From Planctomycetaceae bacterium (GTDB taxonomy: Bacteria > Planctomycetota > Phycisphaerae > Phycisphaerales > SM1A02), in the NCBI GenBank assembly GCA_002684855.1, contig NYWD01000037.1:1671-65670 (forward strand): a stretch of DNA of 64,000 bases. Direction: 5' to 3'. The notes under the pieces were generated by a model. It worked only from the letters and a program-made list of their open reading frames with translations, made no database searches and was not told where the DNA came from. A program made the position numbers and the translations under genes. Below, in pieces: positions 57,154-64,000 of the stretch. Position 1 is the first letter of the stretch. Every line of letters starts with the position of its first letter.

Positions 57154-57239
57154 TGCGGGTGAGAGGGCTCGAACCTCCACGGGATTTTACTCCCACTAGA
57201 ACCTGAATCTAGCGCGTCTGCCAATTCCGCCACACCCGC
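57154..57239 (-). tRNA. tRNA-Leu (anticodon CAG)
   Basis: Minus strand reads GCGGGTGTGGCGGAATTGGCAGACGCGCTAGATTCAGGTTCTAGTGGGAGTAAAATCCCGTGGAGGTTCGAGCCCTCTCACCCGCA. The 7-bp acceptor stem pairs and the anticodon loop is TTCAGGT. It has a long variable arm and a T-arm GGTTCGAGCC. CCA is not encoded. Confidence 0.9.
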
Positions 57240-57376
57240 CGGGCTCGGTGGAATCCTCGCATGCGAGGAACGTTGCAGGGTATCCGATTCACCGAAGGCG
57301 TCAACATCCCGAACCATCGGTCCGGCTCGGTGAGGCCGTCGAGGCGTCGAGCATTCCCCCCCGGGAATCCCCGATG

Positions 57377-57410
57377 AGGAAAGCCCCTCCGCACTTCCGC
57401 GCGGAGGGGC
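57377..57410 (-). terminator. probable intrinsic terminator of recA
   Basis: Perfect 10-bp GC-rich stem GCCCCUCCGC / GCGGAGGGGC with an 8-nt loop, followed on the minus strand by UUUCCUC. It lies about 60 nt after the recA stop. Confidence 0.55.
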
Positions 57411-57474
57411 ATGATTCGGATCATCTGCAGTCGGTTCGGGCGGCGGGAAGTCCGGAAGCCGGATCCCCTCGCCG

Positions 57475-58638
<1,164 letters not shown>

Positions 58639-59104
58639 GTTTTCTTCGCCTTCCGTTGCGATGGTCGGATCGATCCGTCGGTGATCCGGGTTCTTGTCGA
58701 GTCGAGTGTCGTGGGGAGTCGTGATTCGGCGTGAGTGGTGATCCGCGGCGGGCGGACCGGTGTCCGATTCGGGGTCCTGCTGGGGGTCGTCCTCCGGATT
58801 CCGGTCGAATCCACCGGATCCTCGTTGGATCAGGTGACTCATGGTGATCGGGGCCTCCGCGACTGGCCCGATGCGAGGGGACGTTCCTGAGCCAGGCCGA
58901 CACGTCTCCACCTGCGAATCGTAGAAGCCGCCCGATCCGGGGATCTCCAATCGGCGGATTCTCCCGACCGCCGACCCCGGTCCCGGGCTTCGGACGCGAC
59001 CCGAGGCCGGAAGATGCGGATCGGCCGGGTCGGGTCGGAGCAGGTTCGGGATGGTGGGCTGGAGCTGGTCATGAATCGTTGCCTGCTGGAGGACGACCGG
59101 AATA

Positions 59105-59169
59105 CCGAACGCTGACCGAACATCATCGGATTCGGGCCCGAATGACGTTCGGTTTTTGTTCGGATTCGG
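59105..59169. promoter_or_regulatory. phased array of CCGAAC / GTTCGG hexamers around a 14-bp palindrome (candidate operator)
   Basis: CCGAAC at 59105 and 59116 (11-bp phasing). ATTCGGGCCCGAAT at 59130-59143. GTTCGG at 59147 and 59158 (11-bp phasing), then ATTCGG at 59164. These read as GAAC-N7-GAAC and GTTC-N7-GTTC. Confidence 0.3.
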
Positions 59170-59549
59170 AGTTTCGATCCTCGGTGCCCCCCTGTCAAGG
59201 CTTGCCAGGGGGGATTTCCGGCACAACGAATGGATTCCGGGCCATGCCCGGCACCGGTTGGAGCTCGATCGAGGCTGGAACCGGGCCGGGGATGCCGGAC
59301 GAAGGAACCACCCCCTCCGCCTCGGAATCGATCATTCACCACGTCACGTGGAAGCGAGGACGGCGCGAAACGTCGGTGGACCGGTCCTTCGGACCGACGT
59401 CCCGCACGCGCGCCACCCGGTGCACGGGGAGTCCACTTGCCGGTCGAGTTCCGCACCGATGGATTCGTGCCCGGTGCCGCCTGCGCGATCGCGTCGCCGC
59501 GAACCGCGTCAGGTCAGGCCGGAGTCCCCCCCTGTCGACCTTCGGCGAT

Positions 59550-60521
59550 TCAATAGTCGGGCGTCGGCGGACGGTACTGCGAGAGATCGGCGGCCCGGAA
59601 CCATTCGATGGTCCGCTGGAGCCCCTCGCGAAGCGCGACCTTCGGCTCCCATCCGAGCTTCTCCCGGGCGAGCGTGATGTCGGGTTGTCGCTGGAGGGGG
59701 TCGTCCTGCGGCAGCGGACGCGCCTGCACGATCTCGACCCCGGTGCCCGCGATCTCGACCACGAGTTCCGCCAGTTCGCGGATCGTGAACTCACCCGGAT
59801 TGCCGATGTTCACCGGGCCGTGAAAGTCCTCGGGGCCGTTCATCATGCCCATGATCGCATCGAGCAGGTCGTCGCAGTAGCAGAAGGATCGGGACTGCGA
59901 ACCATCGCCGTAGATCGTGATCGGTTCTCCGGCGAGCGCCTGCCGGATGAAGTTGCTGACCACCCGGCCGTCGTACGGGTGCATCCGCGGACCGTAGGTG
60001 TTGAAGATCCGGACGACTCGGATGTCCACCTTGTTCTGCCGGTGGTAGTCGAACATCAGCGTTTCCGCCGCACGCTTCCCCTCGTCGTAGCACGCGCGGA
60101 TCCCGATCGGATTCACGCTGCCCCGATACGACTCGGGCTGCGGATGGATCTCCGGATCACCGTAGACCTCGCTGGTCGAGGCCTGGAGGATCCGCGCGTT
60201 CAGTCGCTTGGCGAGGCCGAGCATGTTGATCGCCCCCATGACGGAGGTCTTGATCGTCTTGATGGGGTTGTACTGGTAGTGGCCCGGCGCCGCAGGGCAG
60301 GCGAGGTTGTAGATCTGGTCGACCTCGACCTTGTAGGGATCGATCACGTCGTGCCGGATGAATTCGAAGTTCGGACGACCGATGAGGTGTTCGATGTTCG
60401 ACTTCTGGCTCGTGAAGAGGTTGTCGAGGCAGATCACCTGGTGTCCCTGCTCGACGAGCCGGTCGCAGAGATGCGAACCGAGAAATCCGGCACCGCCGGT
60501 GACGAGGATCCGCTTGAGCAT
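59550..60521 (-). CDS. UDP-glucuronate decarboxylase (UDP-xylose synthase), SDR family
   Basis: ATG at 60521 ([22 protein letters not shown]). Motifs STSEVYG, YDEGKR and [10 protein letters not shown]. Only the 3' 323 codons of the 658-aa ORF are genuine. Confidence 0.9.
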   Translation of the reverse strand: MLKRILVTGGAGFLGSHLCDRLVEQGHQVICLDNLFTSQKSNIEHLIGRPNFEFIRHDVIDPYKVEVDQIYNLACPAAPGHYQYNPIKTIKTSVMGAINMLGLAKRLNARILQASTSEVYGDPEIHPQPESYRGSVNPIGIRACYDEGKRAAETLMFDYHRQNKVDIRVVRIFNTYGPRMHPYDGRVVSNFIRQALAGEPITIYGDGSQSRSFCYCDDLLDAIMGMMNGPEDFHGPVNIGNPGEFTIRELAELVVEIAGTGVEIVQARPLPQDDPLQRQPDITLAREKLGWEPKVALREGLQRTIEWFRAADLSQYRPPTPDY

Positions 60522-60638
60522 CGAGCCTGATTCCTGTGGGTGGGAACGGGGAGACCGAGATCGGAAGGCGACCTCCGGACGGTAGAGTATCGGCGTTCCT
60601 CGCCTCGAACCCGTGATGCAAAGGCCGGATTTCCCCGA

Positions 60639-61790
60639 ATGGACGCTCCCCGACACGCCGCCGGCTTCATGACGGGAACCAGCATCGACGGGATCGATGC
60701 CGTCGTGATCGAGGCCCGGGGATTCGGGCCCGGGATCTCGGCGAAGATCGTCGAACACCTCCAGGAACCGCTCGACGATCTCCGACCGGAGCTTCGGTAT
60801 CTCGCACAGGGGGGATCGATGACCGCGGCCGAGATCACCCGCCTGTCGCGACGGTTCGGCGAGCTGCACGCCGGCGTGCTGAATCGCTGCCGTGGCGGTC
60901 GGTCCCTCGCCCTCGTCGCCGCCCACGGCCAGACCGTGACCCACGCGCCCCCCGATTCCCTCCAGCTGCTCGACCCCTGGCCCCTCGTCCGCGAAGCCGG
61001 GTGCCCCGTCGTCCACGACCTTCGCGGCGCCGACCTCGCCGGAGGCGGTGCCGGCGCACCGATCACCCCGCGGGCGGATGCGGTGCTCTTCCGCGATCAT
61101 CGAGTGGGGGCGGGCACGCTCGCCATCGTCAACCTCGGGGGCTTCGTGAACGTCACCCTGCTGCCGGAACCGTCCGACGCCGATGACGGCATCTTCGACG
61201 GCGTCGAAGGATTCGACTGCTGCCCTTGCAATCACCTCCTCGACGCCGCGGCCGAAGCGCTGCTCGGGACCCCCTTCGACGTCGATGGCGGGGTGGCGAT
61301 GACCGGAACGCCCGACGAGCCGGCGGCCGATCGACTGCAGGGCTCGATCTCGAAGTTGTTTCACGCCGGTCGAAGCGGCGGCGACGGCGACGAGACCCGG
61401 AGCCTCGCGATCGAGGTCGCCCGATCCGCGGGGTCCCCGGCCGACGGACTCGCCACCCTCCACCGTGCCGTGGCCTCGGCCGTGATCGACTGCGTCCAGA
61501 CCCGGTGCGACGAACGCGGAATCCAACGCCCCGTCGAGTTCGTTCTGGCGGGCGGCGGCGTCCTGAATCGCCGTCTGGTCGAGGAGATCGGGAGCCGTGC
61601 CACCGGCCGCGTCCGGTCGTCCGACGCGCTCGGCGTCCCCGCCCAGGCCCGGGAGGCTGCCGCGATGGCGATCCTCGGCCTGCTCGCGTTCGATGGTTTG
61701 CCGATCACCGATCCAGCCTCGACCGGACGTCGGACGCCGGCGATCCCCGCCGGACGATGGTGCGGGCTCGATCTTCCTAACGAATTCTGA
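60639..61790 (+). CDS. anmK: anhydro-N-acetylmuramic acid kinase
   Basis: ATG at 60639. The motif [14 protein letters not shown] is the AnmK N-terminal signature. The C-terminus has GGGVLNRRL. Confidence 0.8.
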   Translation: MDAPRHAAGFMTGTSIDGIDAVVIEARGFGPGISAKIVEHLQEPLDDLRPELRYLAQGGSMTAAEITRLSRRFGELHAGVLNRCRGGRSLALVAAHGQTVTHAPPDSLQLLDPWPLVREAGCPVVHDLRGADLAGGGAGAPITPRADAVLFRDHRVGAGTLAIVNLGGFVNVTLLPEPSDADDGIFDGVEGFDCCPCNHLLDAAAEALLGTPFDVDGGVAMTGTPDEPAADRLQGSISKLFHAGRSGGDGDETRSLAIEVARSAGSPADGLATLHRAVASAVIDCVQTRCDERGIQRPVEFVLAGGGVLNRRLVEEIGSRATGRVRSSDALGVPAQAREAAAMAILGLLAFDGLPITDPASTGRRTPAIPAGRWCGLDLPNEF

Positions 61791-61871
61791 ACGCTTTTCA
61801 CGCCAGCCTTTTACCCACGGATCCCGGGCCGTCGTCGACTATGGCACCCTGTCACCTCAGGAGGCCCCTCC

Positions 61872-62291
61872 ATGCCCGCCGGCGTGCTGATCGTCGAAGA
61901 TGAACCTGAGATCGCCGATCTCTGCAAGGGCATGTCCAAGCGGGTGATCCGCGTGAGTTCGATGCCCGCGGTCCGGGTCCCCGAGACGCTGGCGGAGATG
62001 TGCATGGCGGTACGGGACGTCTTCGCGAAGGCGCTGCGATCGGTGGCGGACAACGACGCCGCACTGGCCCGGGAGGTGAACGCCGACGACGACGAACTCG
62101 ATCGCCTCCACAAGGCGATGCTGGTCTGGGCGCGGGAGGAGATCCCGCGGGACCCCACCGCCACCAACGCGACGATCGAACTGCTCGCCATCGCGCAGCG
62201 GCTCGAACGGACCGGCGACATCTCGGTGTCGATCGCCGGGAATCTCATTTATCTCGTCGAGGGCCGGGTGGTGCGGCACGGCAACGCGTGA
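61872..62291 (+). CDS. PhoU-domain protein (single repeat, 139 aa)
   Basis: AGGAGG lies 7 nt upstream of the ATG. VNADDDELDRLHKAM and IAQRLERTGDISVSIAGNLIYL match one PhoU repeat. Confidence 0.65.
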   Translation: MPAGVLIVEDEPEIADLCKGMSKRVIRVSSMPAVRVPETLAEMCMAVRDVFAKALRSVADNDAALAREVNADDDELDRLHKAMLVWAREEIPRDPTATNATIELLAIAQRLERTGDISVSIAGNLIYLVEGRVVRHGNA

Positions 62292-62516
62292 GCGGCGCCG
62301 GCCGCGCGACGTGATCGGACCCACCCGCAGAATCCGCGCGATCGTCACAGGCCGATTGCATGACGGCGATCCCGAATCCCCCTGTGGACGAGACGACGAT
62401 CCGACTTGGATCCCGGCGGTCGCGATCTAGACTCCGGACGGTCGAGTGAACAACCCGCCCCCGCCGAGCGTAGTTCGGGGGCGGCGATTCCCGATCGACC
62501 GCGCCGGGATCGATTC

Positions 62517-62993
62517 ATGTCGACGATGCACGCCAACCTGCGATTGGAACCCACCGACGGTGCCAGGGCCGAAGCGGGGCTGCGTGCGCGTCGGGAACTC
62601 GAGTCGGCACGTCGTCGCATCGCCCTGGAGAACCGGCTGGCGTCCACCGCGCCGGGCCTCGACACGAACGCGCCCCACCTCGCCTTCGCGAGCCGGGTCG
62701 CGAACGCGTTGGAGGGTGCCATCCTTTCGCCCGATCGGCGTGCGGAGCTGCTCCGATTCGCCAGAACCGCGGGCCTCCGCGATTTCGACGCGAACCTGGT
62801 CATCGCCGTGATGCAGGACCGTGCCCGCCGGGGCGAGTCCATCGAGGACATCACCGGGCCCCTCGACGTCCTCGGCGCGAGCCGGACGCCCGCACTCCGA
62901 CAGGGATTCCAGGCCGTCCGTTTCGGCCTCGCCGCGGGCCTCGCCATCGGGCTCGCCACGCTCGCGGTCCGCTGGCTCGTCGGCACGGTCTGA
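62517..62993 (+). CDS. tail-anchored membrane protein (hypothetical)
   Basis: ATG at 62517. C-terminal TM segment FGLAAGLAIGLATLAVRWLV. I recognise no family. Confidence 0.45.
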   Translation: MSTMHANLRLEPTDGARAEAGLRARRELESARRRIALENRLASTAPGLDTNAPHLAFASRVANALEGAILSPDRRAELLRFARTAGLRDFDANLVIAVMQDRARRGESIEDITGPLDVLGASRTPALRQGFQAVRFGLAAGLAIGLATLAVRWLVGTV

Positions 62994-63268
62994 TCCTGCG
63001 ATCCGGCTCGACTTCCCGACGCCGTCGACGACCCCGCACATCCCGTCCGACGTCGATCGCGACCCACAAACGGCCGCCGGGCGACGACATCCCGCCGTCG
63101 CCAGCCCCGCTGCCGCCCGTTCGCGAATCGTCAGGAAATCCACCTCGATTCCGAGCCGAGATCGAGCCCCCGGATCGACTGGCGTTCCGACGTCAGGATC
63201 GGTACGCTTCCGGCCCCGAGACGACCTCGGCCATCCAAGCGAGTTCAGCACCCCCCCGCGCCGGACCC

Positions 63269-64000
63269 ATGACGCCCACCCCCACCCTGTCGCCACCGCG
63301 TCGTTCCTTCCCGATCTTCAACGCCCTGTTCGCACTGGTCGCGCTCTATCTGTTTCTCTGCGCGATCAACGTCATGGGTTCGGGGCTGAAGGGCGTCGGA
63401 AACCAGTCCGACTGGCTCGAGACGATCATCGCCCAGGGCCAGAACCCGCTCTTCGCCCTCTTCGGCGCGGTGCTCGTCACCTCGATCGTCCAGAGCTCGT
63501 CGTTCACGACCTCGCTGATCATCACGATGGTCGCCGCGGGCCAGATGCCCATCGAGACCGCGGTCTTCGCGGTGATGGGCGCGAACATCGGCACCAGCGT
63601 GACCGGTCTGATCGTGTCCCTGGGAACCATGCGGATCCGACGCCAGTTCAGGCGGGCCTATTCGGCGGCCCTGCTGCACGCGGTCCCGAACATCCTCACG
63701 GTCGTGGCGCTCTTCCCGATCGAGTGGATCACCAGCACGATGTTCAAGAACGGCCAGGGGATCCTGGCCAACACCGCCGGGGTGATCGCCGGATCACTCG
63801 GGTTCGACGAGGTGACCAAGCCGACCAATCCGATCAAGTTGATCACGAAGCCGGTGGTCGGCTCGCTGCAGTCCCTGACCGAGTGGATCGGCGGCGGCTC
63901 GATCGCGAGTTCCGTCCTCCTCTCGATCCTCGGCCTGCTCCTGCTGTTCCTCGCGCTCGTGTTCCTCGTCCGGAACCTGAAGGGAGCGGTGCTCAGCCGG
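63269..64000 (+). CDS. Na+/phosphate cotransporter family protein (NptA-like), 3' end runs off the window
   Basis: My own translation from the ATG at 63269; the ORF is absent from the track because it has no stop in the window. It reads ...INVMGSGLKGVG...FGAVLVTSIVQSSSFTTSLIITMVAAGQMPIETAVFAVMGANIGTSVT, which matches the Na_Pi_cotrans repeat. The frame is open to nt 64000. Confidence 0.8.
   Translation, partial: MTPTPTLSPPRRSFPIFNALFALVALYLFLCAINVMGSGLKGVGNQSDWLETIIAQGQNPLFALFGAVLVTSIVQSSSFTTSLIITMVAAGQMPIETAVFAVMGANIGTSVTGLIVSLGTMRIRRQFRRAYSAALLHAVPNILTVVALFPIEWITSTMFKNGQGILANTAGVIAGSLGFDEVTKPTNPIKLITKPVVGSLQSLTEWIGGGSIASSVLLSILGLLLLFLALVFLVRNLKGAVLSR

Noticed and set aside
54100-57474. A genomic island integrated at tRNA-Leu.
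   Set aside because: There is no integrase, recombinase or phage gene, and no direct repeat of the tRNA 3' end nearby. I see no clear compositional break.
59187-59213. The 8-bp C/G hairpin taken as a rho-independent terminator.
   Set aside because: No U-tract follows on either strand (AUUUCC on the plus strand, CACCGAGG on the minus strand). It lies about 340 nt beyond the nearest stop codon. I keep it only as part of the recA-upstream finding.
58639-59226. The recA reading frame stays open for 196 codons upstream of the chosen start, hinting at a giant N-terminal extension.
   Set aside because: By my codon-by-codon reading, G/C at third positions drops to roughly background upstream of 58638. 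The sequence is low-complexity, and a GGAAGG-ATG start is available at 58638. It is probably a chance open frame.

Overview
GC-rich bacterial chromosomal window (G+C judged by eye, not computed). I found no rRNA, CRISPR array, transposase or integrase. The gene content suggests a Planctomycetota/Phycisphaerae-like organism, but this is inference only. The supporting features are futalosine-pathway menaquinone genes, a YdjY-type lipoprotein, a TPR-sulfotransferase, two secreted proteins with dockerin-like C-terminal tails, and several genes with no visible Shine-Dalgarno site. Many very long Arg/Pro/Gly-rich ORFs in the supplied track lie antisense to real genes, and I treat them as artefacts. 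Main blocks, left to right: (1) 1-15.9 kb holds housekeeping and envelope genes: QueD/PTPS, cyclophilin, ACT protein, MqnD-like, MBL hydrolase, cupin, HEAT lipoprotein, MATE, MqnC/E radical SAM, IlvE and an RCC1-dockerin protein. (2) 16-20.7 kb, minus strand, holds rpoN, recR, ybaB and dnaX, with an unlisted small SRP RNA just upstream of dnaX. (3) 23.8-35.5 kb, minus strand, holds a flagellar operon in Bacillus/spirochaete order: flgB-flgC-fliE-fliF-fliG-fliH-fliI-fliJ-ylxF-fliK-flgD-orf-flgE. Directly upstream and co-oriented is a cassette of a membrane TPR protein, a small coiled-coil protein, a sensor-less histidine kinase and a sigma-54 activator. (4) 41.3-44.4 kb holds a coupled three-gene envelope module. 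(5) 44.5-64 kb holds cdaA-cdaR, tyrS, tal, pgi, cysteine desulfurase, ggt, two hypotheticals, tRNA-Leu(CAG), recA, UDP-glucuronate decarboxylase, anmK, a PhoU-like protein and a Na/Pi cotransporter that runs off the right edge. The best-supported unusual observations are an A10 slippery run in dnaX with immediate stops in both alternative frames, the SRP RNA, a phased CCGAAC/GTTCGG array in a 0.9 kb non-coding stretch upstream of recA, and the TPR/coiled-coil/kinase/activator cassette fused to the flagellar operon. I could not recognise a clear-cut new multi-gene system such as a defence island. The candidates below are hypotheses and all need database and experimental checks.
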